From Candidatus Kaiserbacteria bacterium RIFCSPHIGHO2_01_FULL_54_36 (GTDB lineage: Bacteria > Patescibacteriota > Minisyncoccia > Phycocordibacterales > UBA2100), in NCBI GenBank assembly GCA_001781105.1, contig MFKV01000007.1:4912-68911 (forward strand): a stretch of 64,000 bases of DNA, in the 5' to 3' direction. The position numbers and the translations under genes are program-made. Shown in pieces: positions 9,824 through 18,676 of the stretch (the stretch's first letter is position 1; every line of letters starts with the position of its first letter). The notes under the pieces are model-generated. The model had not been told where the DNA came from. It did no database searches and saw only the letters and a program-made list of their open reading frames with translations.

Positions 9824-9851
9824 GAAATGCAAACGCACGCGTTTGCATTTC
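9824..9851. other. 28-nt near-perfect palindrome GAAATGCAAACGC-AC-GCGTTTGCATTTC after obg
   Basis: 13-nt arms seen directly. No U-tract, so it may be a protein-binding site rather than a terminator. Confidence 0.4.
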
Positions 9852-9876
9852 GCTCGCTATCCTCGGCAGATAAAAC

Positions 9877-9901
9877 AAAAGCGCCCCATAAGGGCGCTTT
9901 T
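9877..9901. terminator. bidirectional intrinsic terminator (AAAA-GCGCCC-cataa-GGGCGC-TTTT) between convergent obg and csp
   Basis: GC stem flanked by A- and T-tracts. Confidence 0.7.
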
Positions 9902-9917
9902 GCTCAAACCGTTAGGT

Positions 9918-10121
9918 TTAGGAAACCCGGCTGACCTTGACCGCGTTGGGTCCTTTCGGACTCTCGGCGATCTCAAAGCTGACCTTGTCGCCTTCGCGAA
10001 GCTCATCGAACTGTACGTTCAAGAGCTCGTTGGAGTGGAAAAAGAGATCTTTTTCACGACCTTCGACTTTGATGAACCCGAATCCCTTATCGGTGAGACG
10101 GGCAATAGTTCCTTCTTGCAT
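9918..10121 (-). CDS. cold-shock protein, CspA family
   Basis: RNP motifs KGFGFI and VFFH in a 67-aa protein. Confidence 0.9.
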   Translation of the reverse strand: MQEGTIARLTDKGFGFIKVEGREKDLFFHSNELLNVQFDELREGDKVSFEIAESPKGPNAVKVSRVS

Positions 10122-10275
10122 AGCAATTGAGAAAAAATTTCGTTTGTAATTGTATCAAGACAGGAGACTGGAGTGGAAGCTCGATCCTTACTTCTCTGGA
10201 TCAGGCCCCGGTTTGATGCAGCAAATCTATCATAGGGCTTTTCCCTTGTCAAGCTATTGTACAGATGGTGATAGT

Positions 10276-10512
10276 ATGAGGTTCATGGCGAAGAAAACTG
10301 CTCGTACAAACAAATATACCCATTACCACAAAGATGGGAGTATTTGGGCGAAGGGAAGGACGAAAGGCGGGAAGATGAATGGGTATTGGGAGTGGTTCAG
10401 GAAGGATGGCTCGAAAATGCGCTCAGGATATTTCAAAGGCGGCAAACAAACGGGCAAATGGACGACGTATGACAGGAAGGGGAAGGTTGTAAAGGTCAGT
10501 GATATGAGTTGA
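10276..10512 (+). CDS. MORN-variant repeat protein (YwqK-like immunity/antitoxin family)
   Basis: Repeated G-x-W-x-x-Y/F..G MORN-like units (GSIWAKGRTKGGKMNGYWEWFRKDG...). Start taken at the internal MRFMAKK. Confidence 0.55.
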   Translation: MRFMAKKTARTNKYTHYHKDGSIWAKGRTKGGKMNGYWEWFRKDGSKMRSGYFKGGKQTGKWTTYDRKGKVVKVSDMS

Positions 10513-10568
10513 GAGTTCATGAAGCCGAGGTGAAAGAGTGCCAAGCTGTTGCCGTCTCAAGAATACGA

Positions 10569-11603
10569 ATGCAGTATTTATTTCGTTTTGTAGCTACGTG
10601 GTTTGTTGCTGCGCTGGTACTGGCGCCGGCTTTTGCTTTGGCGCAAGCGACGACCACTGGGCGAGGGGAAGGTGGATGGTGGTATCGCCAGTCCAGCGAA
10701 TTTAAGCAGAAGGTCGCAGCACTCGGCGACGTTGCAGATCCCGTTATCACGATGCCGATACTTTTTGGCGTCGACATCACCAAGCTTTTGCACAATTACG
10801 GCGAAGTGCGCGCGAGCGGGCGCACGCACGAGGGCGAAGATATCATGGCGCTGAAGGGTACCCCGATCGTCTCCCCGACGGCCGCTGTCGTCACGCGCGT
10901 GGATTACGGAGCGGGCGAAGGGAATGCCGTCTACACCGCCAATCCCGGAGGAGAGATATTTATTTATTACCATCTCGATCGCGTCGCAGAAGGCCTCGCT
11001 GCGGGCCAGGTGCTGGAGCGAGGAGCACTCATCGGCTACGTGGGCAATACGGGAGATGCTTCAGGAGGGGCCTCGCACTTGCACTTCGAAGTCCGCAAGA
11101 CCGAAGGCAATACGCCGACCGATCCGTCCGTGCGCCTCACGCGCGAATTTACTCCGGAAGAGAAGATGTTGTATCTATCGAAAATCCTCACGCAGACAAC
11201 CGACCCAGATGCGATGGCGCAATTCCTCGCCTCCAATTTTCGTGGTCCATTTACCGTAGCTCTGGGCAGAGGTGTACCACTGCCGCCCCTTATCGCAGCG
11301 CTGATCAATCCGGCGCCGGTGGATGCCTCTGTCCCTGCGGCGATCCCTCCGAGCGGCTCGCTCACACGCAATCTGTATCGTGGGACACGCGGCGAGGATG
11401 TACGCCTGCTGCAGAAACTTCTCAATCGCAACGGCTTCGCCGTGGCCGCTTCGGGCCCCGGCTCCATAGGAAATGAGACGACATATTTTGGCCCTGCGAC
11501 CCTGGCAGCAGTTATTAGGTTCCAAAGTGCACGCGGGATTTCTCCCACGATTGGCTATGTAGGCCCGCTGACGCGGGCGAGCCTTGCACAGCTTTCAATC
11601 TAA
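10569..11603 (+). CDS. secreted M23 family metallopeptidase with a C-terminal peptidoglycan-binding domain
   Basis: Signal peptide, HEGEDI and HLHFE Zn-binding motifs, and a PG_binding_1-like C-terminus. Confidence 0.8.
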   Translation: MQYLFRFVATWFVAALVLAPAFALAQATTTGRGEGGWWYRQSSEFKQKVAALGDVADPVITMPILFGVDITKLLHNYGEVRASGRTHEGEDIMALKGTPIVSPTAAVVTRVDYGAGEGNAVYTANPGGEIFIYYHLDRVAEGLAAGQVLERGALIGYVGNTGDASGGASHLHFEVRKTEGNTPTDPSVRLTREFTPEEKMLYLSKILTQTTDPDAMAQFLASNFRGPFTVALGRGVPLPPLIAALINPAPVDASVPAAIPPSGSLTRNLYRGTRGEDVRLLQKLLNRNGFAVAASGPGSIGNETTYFGPATLAAVIRFQSARGISPTIGYVGPLTRASLAQLSI

Positions 11604-11696
11604 TGGTGCGCTGTAATCAATCTAAGTCTCATTCGTCCTAGTACTAGCCGTCCAAACACATACAGGGCGGCATCGTTATAAGTTCAAAAAAACATC

Positions 11697-12494
11697 ATGA
11701 AGAAAAGCAATAAGGTAAATAAGTATCTTCTCGCATCTGGTGCTGCAGCACTTGCCCTGCTCGTCGCTTTGCCCGTGCTTGCCGACTCGGATCGCGAGGA
11801 TCGATTACTAAGGGTAAAGGAGAACTTCGGCTTCGGCGCGATGGTCAAGTTGTTCGACAACGATAACGACGGCAACAGTGGCCGTGAGAATCGCGACCGC
11901 AATAATCGCGATGGCCGAAAGGGTGATAATGGCGCCTCCGCACAGGCGTTAAGCTCGTTGAACTCGGTAAAGAGCTCCGCAGCTATCGCTGGCCACATCA
12001 CGGCGATCAACGGCACGCAGATAACAGTCCAGAGTGCCAACGGCACGATCTACACTGTCGACGCTTCGAACACGGGCTTCGCTGGTAACCTCGGCGCGGC
12101 TGTGATCGGCGACCTTCGCGTTGGCGATCGCGTGGTTGTCCGCGGAGAATTGAACGGTACGGTCATGACCGCCAAGAAGATCCATGACTTCTCCCTCATG
12201 CAGCGCACAATCCTCAATGTGGTCGGCGCAGCGGGCGCCGGGGTCGTGTCCTCTATCGACGGGCAGACATTCACGATTCATCCGATCAGTAAGCTGGCTA
12301 CGACGACGGTAACGACGGATGCCACAACGGTCTTCCGTGTGAACGGCGTTGCGACGACATCGGATGCGCTCGATGTGGGCTCGAGAGTCATCGTCTTCGG
12401 CACCTCGACTTCTGACACAAGCATCACTGCTTCGTTCGTAAGCATCTTGAATCACAGCTTCGGCTGGTTCAAGCACTTCTTCCTCTTCCGATAA
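11697..12494 (+). CDS. secreted protein with repeated small beta-domains (DUF5666-like)
   Basis: Signal peptide MKKSNKVNKYLLASGAAALALLVALPVLA and repeats of the form ITAINGTQITVQSANGTIYTVD. Confidence 0.55.
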   Translation: MKKSNKVNKYLLASGAAALALLVALPVLADSDREDRLLRVKENFGFGAMVKLFDNDNDGNSGRENRDRNNRDGRKGDNGASAQALSSLNSVKSSAAIAGHITAINGTQITVQSANGTIYTVDASNTGFAGNLGAAVIGDLRVGDRVVVRGELNGTVMTAKKIHDFSLMQRTILNVVGAAGAGVVSSIDGQTFTIHPISKLATTTVTTDATTVFRVNGVATTSDALDVGSRVIVFGTSTSDTSITASFVSILNHSFGWFKHFFLFR

Positions 12495-12514
12495 GGTAAG
12501 AGTGAAATAGAAAA

Positions 12515-12550
12515 CAGCCCCGACGTTCCGTCGAGGCTGTTTTCTTTCTC
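12515..12550 (+). terminator. intrinsic terminator
   Basis: Bulged hairpin CAGCCCCGACG-ttc-CGTCGAGGCTG followed by TTTTCTTTCTC. Confidence 0.6.
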
Positions 12551-12753
12551 CCATCTCGCCGCCGCACACCCGATCGCTCGTCTCGTCGGGCGGCTCCACC
12601 TTCTTTTCATCATCTGCTTTCTTAGGTGCGGGCTTCTTGACTTTTTCTTTCGCCGCTTTGCGCGCCGCCTCGTCCCGCAGCCATTCCTCGTGCTCGTAGT
12701 CTGGTGCCATGTGCCAATTATACTCCGCGACGCACAATGCTAGAATTGCTGAC

Positions 12754-13542
12754 ATGAGCATTGTGTTCTTGGGACTGCCGGGGCGTGAGCAGCGAGCATT
12801 TGTAAATGCGCTGAACTATGCGACTAGCGGGGCAGTCGAACTCGCGATCATCCGCCACCGGGAACCTCGCACTTTGGCTGATCACTTGAAGCGTGCATGG
12901 GAAGTCGCGAGCGCGCCTGGGCTCCTGCAAGAGCTTTGGTACGCAGTGGCTTTGCGTCTCAGCAAGAAAACACGCCTTGCGCTCAAGTATTTTCGGGGAT
13001 CAAGCCTGAAAGATGGTCCGCCGGAGTTTGACCCACCCAGGCTCGACGTCACCGACATGAATGGGGCCGAAGTGCACGAAATTCTAAAAAAAATCGCGCC
13101 CAAACTTATCGTCGTCTGGTGCAGCGCGATCTTAAAGCCGCACATTCTCGAATGTGCCCCGTACGTCATCAATTTCCACACCGGTATCTTGCCGTACTAC
13201 CGCGGCGCAGTGGCGAACCAGTTCGCAGTATTGCGCCGCGACGAGAAACACATCGGAAGCACTATCCACCTTGTGACACCCGGAGTCGACAGGGGCGACA
13301 TCATCGCGCAAATATATGGCGACACGAATAAGCCGCCGCGTGAAATGTTTCGCGAGGTCAACGACAAGAGTCTCGCGCTATTTATCGAGATCGCGCAAAA
13401 GATTCTTGCAGGCGAAAATGTCCCGCGCCAGCAGCAGGATCAAACCAAGGGCGAATTCTTCCGCCTCAGCCAATGGAGCAACAAACTCCGCTGGATCGTC
13501 GGGCAACAGCTTTTACGGTGGGAAGAGAAGGGCATTTTTTAA
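12754..13542 (+). CDS. formyltransferase-family protein (Fmt/PurN N-terminal fold)
   Basis: Catalytic N/H/D triad context NFHTGILPYYRG...VDRGDII. Confidence 0.65.
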   Translation: MSIVFLGLPGREQRAFVNALNYATSGAVELAIIRHREPRTLADHLKRAWEVASAPGLLQELWYAVALRLSKKTRLALKYFRGSSLKDGPPEFDPPRLDVTDMNGAEVHEILKKIAPKLIVVWCSAILKPHILECAPYVINFHTGILPYYRGAVANQFAVLRRDEKHIGSTIHLVTPGVDRGDIIAQIYGDTNKPPREMFREVNDKSLALFIEIAQKILAGENVPRQQQDQTKGEFFRLSQWSNKLRWIVGQQLLRWEEKGIF

Positions 13543-13543
13543 T

Positions 13544-13876
13544 ATGGCAAAACTAAATAAGATTTTAGAAGAGATTTCAAAAGACCAACTTGGGTTTAAT
13601 ACCAACGATACTATGGGCTTATCTGGCCCGATACATCCCGGAATAATTCATGGGCTCCGACATCCATCCAAAAACGGATTGAGCGGATGGTATGTGTGGC
13701 AAGGTGACTACAAAGAGGATGCCGATTTCTTTAATCCGATTCACATGTCGCATGTAGTACAGGAACATGCAGTACTAGAGAAATACTTTATGCTCCCTCC
13801 CGGTCATCGGTTCTTAATCGATACGACTAATGGCTATGAAGATGTCTGGTACGACGAGAAACTCTTGGATATTTAA
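13544..13876 (+). CDS. hypothetical small protein, possibly DUF2185/Imm33-like, with markedly low GC
   Basis: Starts 1 nt after the formyltransferase stop. About 43% GC against ~57% in flanking genes. W..W.G.Y and LPPGHRF motifs. Family assignment is from memory only. Confidence 0.5.
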   Translation: MAKLNKILEEISKDQLGFNTNDTMGLSGPIHPGIIHGLRHPSKNGLSGWYVWQGDYKEDADFFNPIHMSHVVQEHAVLEKYFMLPPGHRFLIDTTNGYEDVWYDEKLLDI

Positions 13877-13882
13877 TGAGCT

Positions 13883-15025
13883 TCAAAGATCATCGTTTTT
13901 GATGCGTTTGCGAAGTAAGGCGGCTTGGGCGTTGAAGAAATGCAGGTTGTGCAGAGAGCCGAGCTTCATGCCGGTCAATTCCTTCGCGCGCATGAGGTGG
14001 CAGATGTATGCGCGCGTATAGGTGGCGCAGACATCACACACGCACTTTTTGTCGAGCGGCTTCATTTCTTTGAGATAGCGGCGATTGCGGATGTCGAGCC
14101 GGCCTTCTGAGGTGAAGATAATGCCGCGGCGTGCGTAGTGCGTCGGCGCAATGCAATCAAACGTGTCGCCGCCGGCGCTTGCGATGTAGGGAAAATCTTC
14201 GGGGTGCCCGACACCGAGCACATGCCGCGGCTTCTCCTCGGGTAGCGCGTCATGGACTTCACTCAATACCTTCTTGAGCGATTTTTTGTCATAGCCGAAT
14301 TCCCCGCCGATGCCGAATCCTTGAAAGGGAAGCGCACCAATGATGCGCGCGCTCTCGAGCCGCAGGTCCTTGAAGCCGCCGCCTTGCACGATGCCGTAGA
14401 GTGCCTGCTTCGTCTTTTGCGCTTTGAGGCACTCTGTGGCCCAGCGATGCGTGCGCTCAAGCGATCGCTCCATGTAGATGCGATCCGCGAGCGGCGAAGG
14501 GCACTCATCAAGCGCGAATATGATGTCGGCGCCTAGCGCTTCCTGGATGCGAATAGATTCCTTGGGCCCGAGGAAGAGCGGCGTGCCATCGATAGGTGAG
14601 CGGAAGCTCACGCCGTTGTCGGTGATCTTGATGTTGACTGGCTGCGCGCCTTCAGCTATCGAGCGTGCAGGCTCTTTCTTGAGAATTTTTCCGACACCGT
14701 GATCTGTGCCAAAGCCTAAGCTAAATACCTGAAAGCCGCCGGAATCCGTCATGAGCGGCTTTTTCCAACACATGAATTCGTGGAGCCCCCCTGCGCGCTT
14801 CACGATTTTTTCTCCCGGTGCGATGTGCAGGTGATACGTATTGCAGATGAGCACCTGCGAGCCCGCATCTGCTACCTCATCGCTCTCGAGCGTGCGCACC
14901 GTGGCGCGCGTGGCCACAGGGACAAACGCCGGTGTCTCTATCTCACCATGCGGCGTTTTGATAACCCCGAGCCGCGCCCGCGACTTTTTGGAGCGCTTGA
15001 GTATCTTGAACTCGAACATTGGCAA
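13883..15025 (-). CDS. tgt: queuine tRNA-ribosyltransferase (tRNA-guanine transglycosylase)
   Basis: LTDSGGFQVFSL active-site region and C-terminal zinc-binding CxCxxC...H motif. Confidence 0.9.
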   Translation of the reverse strand: MPMFEFKILKRSKKSRARLGVIKTPHGEIETPAFVPVATRATVRTLESDEVADAGSQVLICNTYHLHIAPGEKIVKRAGGLHEFMCWKKPLMTDSGGFQVFSLGFGTDHGVGKILKKEPARSIAEGAQPVNIKITDNGVSFRSPIDGTPLFLGPKESIRIQEALGADIIFALDECPSPLADRIYMERSLERTHRWATECLKAQKTKQALYGIVQGGGFKDLRLESARIIGALPFQGFGIGGEFGYDKKSLKKVLSEVHDALPEEKPRHVLGVGHPEDFPYIASAGGDTFDCIAPTHYARRGIIFTSEGRLDIRNRRYLKEMKPLDKKCVCDVCATYTRAYICHLMRAKELTGMKLGSLHNLHFFNAQAALLRKRIKNDDL

Positions 15026-15060
15026 AGGATACAGGTTCTAAATTCTTCGACAAGCCAATA

Positions 15061-15084
15061 TATGCTAATTCGCGCGAATTAGAA
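15061..15084. promoter_or_regulatory. ArsR-type operator copy between the second ArsR gene and tgt
   Basis: TATGCTAATTCGCGCGAATTAGAA matches the perfect palindrome at 15355..15383 in 22 of 26 positions. Confidence 0.45.
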
Positions 15085-15345
15085 GGTATTGAATACGGCA
15101 GCCAGGATTTTGGGAGCACTTGGGGATAGGTGATAGAACACATTTACACTACGCTGCTCCTTGCCGATGAAACCGGCTCGCTCAAGCATATTTAAATGTT
15201 TGGAGGTCGAGGTAAAAGACAAGCGAATCGCTTGCGAAATTGCCGTTACGTCCGCTTCCTTCTTCCGGCGTAAAAAGTCGAGGATCGCCAGGCGCCTTCT
15301 GTTGGCTAGCACTTTCAGCTCCCGTTCCGCCGCAATACTGTTCAT
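15079..15345 (-). CDS. ArsR/SmtB family transcriptional regulator
   Basis: LKVLANRRRLAILDFL...SFTSTSKHLNML. Start taken at the internal MNSIAAE. Confidence 0.75.
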   Translation of the reverse strand: MNSIAAERELKVLANRRRLAILDFLRRKKEADVTAISQAIRLSFTSTSKHLNMLERAGFIGKEQRSVNVFYHLSPSAPKILAAVFNTF

Positions 15346-15354
15346 CTTCCAACT

Positions 15355-15383
15355 ATATGCTAATTCGCGCGAATTAGCATATA
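15355..15383. promoter_or_regulatory. perfect 26-nt palindromic operator TATGCTAATTCGCGCGAATTAGCATA upstream of the second ArsR gene
   Basis: Perfect inverted repeat about 10 nt upstream of the ArsR start codon. Confidence 0.5.
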
Positions 15384-15647
15384 AGCATGGGGATTGCATT
15401 GCAGGCGCCATTACGGAAGAGTTGATTTTAGAGCTCGGATGTGGTATTGTTGTAACCCATGAATCTTCCCTCGAAAACCTTCCAGCAAAACGGCCGATGG
15501 ATAGAAAAGCCCAACACCACCAAGGTTGATGTCTGCGCCTGCAAGAACAAGTACATCAAAACGCGCAAGAACCAGGAGCAATGCATCAAGTGCATCTACA
15601 AATCCTCTCGGCACTAACCGAGCAACCTTACCCGGATTTTTGCTACA

Positions 15648-16355
15648 GTGGAGGCGATGGAAACCCTAAAAGCATGGGCGAAATATCTGGAGCCGGGGGC
15701 GTTTTATTTCGCGCTCGCGATCGTGTTCACTATTATGACCTTCGTGCGCGAACCACTGGGATTGCCCGGCATTGATACGCTTGCGGATATCGCGAAGGGA
15801 TTTTTTGATCGATACGGTCTCATCGCACTCTACATATCCGCAGTAATCGAGAGCCTCTTTATGATCAGCTTCTACTTCCCCGGTTCACTCGTTGTCATCT
15901 TAGCCATTCTCGTGTCCGACAGAAGTCCCGAGTCGCTAGCGGTTATCGTCATCATCGGATGGGCGAGCGTGCTCACTGCGACCGCGATTAATTACTGGCT
16001 CGGGAGAGAAGGGGGCTACCGCCTGCTCCTGCATCTGGGATCAGAAGAGAGCGTGCAGCGCATGCAGGCGTGGCTCGAGAAGCGTGGTCCCTGGGCGATA
16101 TTTCTCTCCGCCGTGCACCCCAACATCCTCGCCATAACCAATATTTGCATGGGGATCGTGCGTGCGGGCCTACTGAAGACGCTCGCACTCTCATTTGTGG
16201 CAATACTTTTTTGGATCCCTGTGCAGGTCTACATACTTGGATTCGTTTTGCCCGATCCGCACGACAGCACCGCGCTCTTGCAGTGGGTCATCGTCGGCGG
16301 ACTTTTTTTGTGGGGCGTTCATGCAGTGCGGAAAAAACAGACCAATATAGTGTAA
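15648..16355 (+). CDS. DedA/VTT-domain (SNARE-associated) membrane protein
   Basis: Polytopic membrane protein with the conserved F.PG.. VTT motif. Confidence 0.75.
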   Translation: MEAMETLKAWAKYLEPGAFYFALAIVFTIMTFVREPLGLPGIDTLADIAKGFFDRYGLIALYISAVIESLFMISFYFPGSLVVILAILVSDRSPESLAVIVIIGWASVLTATAINYWLGREGGYRLLLHLGSEESVQRMQAWLEKRGPWAIFLSAVHPNILAITNICMGIVRAGLLKTLALSFVAILFWIPVQVYILGFVLPDPHDSTALLQWVIVGGLFLWGVHAVRKKQTNIV

Positions 16356-16364
16356 ACTAAGCCG

Positions 16365-16619
16365 ATGAATAAAGAGCTCAAACGAATACTTCTCATCGCA
16401 GCCGCGGTGATCTTCATCATCCTTGGCCTCATCGGGCTTGCGCTTCCCTTCTTGCAAGGATTTCTTTTTCTCTTTATCGGCGTGGCACTCCTCTCGCTTG
16501 TCTCGAAGCGCATGCGTGAGTGGTTGGAAGTGCACACGCGGCGGTACCCTCGCGCCCACAAGTTTGTCGAGCGCATACACGCCTGGATGATGAAAAATAT
16601 CGGAGATGCAGGGGAGTAA
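16365..16619 (+). CDS. small two-TM membrane protein (YbaN/DUF454-like)
   Basis: 84 aa with a hydrophobic hairpin and a basic C-terminus. Confidence 0.45.
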   Translation: MNKELKRILLIAAAVIFIILGLIGLALPFLQGFLFLFIGVALLSLVSKRMREWLEVHTRRYPRAHKFVERIHAWMMKNIGDAGE

Positions 16620-16620
16620 T

Positions 16621-17901
16621 ATGGAATCAATTCAAAGTCGCCTCGCGATGATGTTCTCGTCGCTCAAGATCCGGAATTACCGGCTCTATTTTATTGGGCA
16701 GGGATTTTCTCACATCGGAAATTGGATGCAGACAGTGGCGCTCGGCTGGCTCGTGCTCGAGCTTACCGGCTCCGGTGCGCAATTGGGTGCAATCCTTGCA
16801 TTCCGGTTCGCGCCACTCCTTCTTGCAAGCCCCATTGCCGGCTCGCTCGTGGATTCTTACGAAAAGCGGAAGCTCTTGTATGCGACACAGTGGATCTCCT
16901 TTGCGCTTGCCCTCGGAATGAGCGCACTCGTCTTTACCGATGCGATCGAGATCTGGATGCTCTACGTTGCCGCGACACTCCTTGGACTAGTGGATGCCGT
17001 TGATCGCCCGCTCCGGCAAACCTTCGTGCACGAGATGGTCGGACGAAAAGAGCTTCGCAACGCCGTCACGCTGAGCTCGACCGAGGCGAATCTTGCGCGA
17101 ACGATCGGGCCGGTCTTTGCCGGTACGCTCATTGCGAGCGTGGGGACCGCATTTTGCTTTTTTGCCAACGCGCTCTCGTTCGTAGTAGTGATCGCAATGC
17201 TCTTGCGACTTCGATCGAGCGAACTTCATCAAGAGGCGGAAGTCTCCGAAGGGCCGAAGGATTGGCTTTCAGGCCTGCGCTACGCAGCATCAGTGCCGAT
17301 GATACGCACCATTCTAATCCTCATGGCTATCATTGGTACGTTCGCGTACGAATTTCAGGTCAGCTTGCCGCTCTTCGCGCAGCAAACCTTTCACGGTTCA
17401 GCAGCGGACTATGCCGCGCTGCTTTCTGCAATGGGCGCAGGCTCCGTCGCCGGCGGGCTTTTTACCGCGAGCCGGCGAGAGGTGACCGCGCTGGAATTCG
17501 CCATATCCGCACTTCTTTTTGGACTAGCGCTGTGCGTGAGCGCCGTGATGCCCACCCTCGCTTTGGCAACCGTCGGGATGATTTTCGTGGGTTTTTTCTC
17601 CATCACGCTCACATCCGTGGGCAATACGATACTCCAGCTCGAATCACCCTCCTACATCCGCGGGCGTGTCATGGCGCTCTGGATGACGGCGCTTTTTGGC
17701 TCGACGCTGATCGGTGCACCTATCATAGGGCTCATCGGGCAATACGCCGGCGCGCGCTGGGGCCTTGCCGTTGGCGGTATCGCAGCGGTAGCCGCAGCTG
17801 CCTTTGGCGCACGGGAGCTTCTTCGCCACGATCGGTTGCGAAGCGTCCCCATAGAGGTGGTTGTAGCAGAAGAAGAGACGGCAGAGAATGCGACACTCTA
17901 G
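16621..17901 (+). CDS. MFS transporter
   Basis: 12 predicted TM segments and an MFS-type loop 2-3 motif. Start taken at MESIQ. Confidence 0.8.
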   Translation: MESIQSRLAMMFSSLKIRNYRLYFIGQGFSHIGNWMQTVALGWLVLELTGSGAQLGAILAFRFAPLLLASPIAGSLVDSYEKRKLLYATQWISFALALGMSALVFTDAIEIWMLYVAATLLGLVDAVDRPLRQTFVHEMVGRKELRNAVTLSSTEANLARTIGPVFAGTLIASVGTAFCFFANALSFVVVIAMLLRLRSSELHQEAEVSEGPKDWLSGLRYAASVPMIRTILILMAIIGTFAYEFQVSLPLFAQQTFHGSAADYAALLSAMGAGSVAGGLFTASRREVTALEFAISALLFGLALCVSAVMPTLALATVGMIFVGFFSITLTSVGNTILQLESPSYIRGRVMALWMTALFGSTLIGAPIIGLIGQYAGARWGLAVGGIAAVAAAAFGARELLRHDRLRSVPIEVVVAEEETAENATL

Positions 17902-18036
17902 GCATGAAAATCTCATCGGTACGCGCGCGCCGTCCGCGGCGCTGCGGGTGGGGGAATTTTGAATGCTGAGCTCGCATATAAAAAAATTTGTTGCAGTAAA
18001 CGGCGCCGAACAAGTCGGCGCCGCAGGCTAATCCGC

Positions 18037-18357
18037 TCAATACCACGCGTGCTTCGTATTCCGAGACCAGCGATGCCATGTGCTGGACGGTTTCTTCTCA
18101 TCATGCTTTTTGACGCTGCACTTAGCATTGAGCTTGAGGGTTGCAAGCACATCCAGAATAGGAGCTATGAGTGGCACGATATCCCGCTTGAGGACTTCAT
18201 TTTCCTCCAGTTCAACCATGACGCTGATCTCGTGTTCGGTGATCGCTGAGCGAACGAACTTTACACGCGAATCGTGAGCTTCCGCGATTGCCGTTAGGAT
18301 ATCTTTCTTGAACATTGCACGTTTGCGGACAGGCACGCCCGCGTAGACGATTCGCAT
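18037..18357 (-). CDS. hypothetical protein
   Basis: GGAGAA RBS 6 nt before the ATG at 18357. The track's longer ORF begins with TTG at 18405. No domain recognised. Confidence 0.4.
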   Translation of the reverse strand: MRIVYAGVPVRKRAMFKKDILTAIAEAHDSRVKFVRSAITEHEISVMVELEENEVLKRDIVPLIAPILDVLATLKLNAKCSVKKHDEKKPSSTWHRWSRNTKHAWY

Positions 18358-18417
18358 GAGAGTTCTCCATTGGGTTGCGAAAAGAGCATGCGGGTTTTTG
18401 CCCAAAACAAAAACTCG

Positions 18418-18450
18418 CCCTTATAACACAAAAGTCTTGTGCTATAAGGG
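18418..18450. other. long hairpin CCCTTATAaCACAA-aagtc-TTGTGcTATAAGGG in the 300-nt zwf upstream region
   Basis: 13-bp-arm inverted repeat. On the minus strand it is followed by a T-rich run. Confidence 0.4.
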
Positions 18451-18676
18451 CGAGTTTCTCGCGGTGCCACCTTGTTTATACTCACCGACGCCGTATACGG
18501 TATCGGTTGCCTCTGTTACGGGAGAATCCCGGGCGTTCACTTTCGCAAAAGCCTGCCTCCCCGGACGGAAATCCGACCAACGTCGGGAACCGGATCAATG
18601 GCTTTCACTATCTTCACAATACCCGGCATACGTTGTTCGTCAAGCGTATCTCTGAGTGGTATATAATGAGCCCGCC

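Noticed and set aside
11949-12761. 270-aa minus-strand ORF overlapping the secreted DUF5666-like gene
   Set aside because: It reads straight through a well-formed intrinsic terminator (12515..12550) and is antisense to a gene with a signal peptide and repeats. Low-complexity, charged translation.
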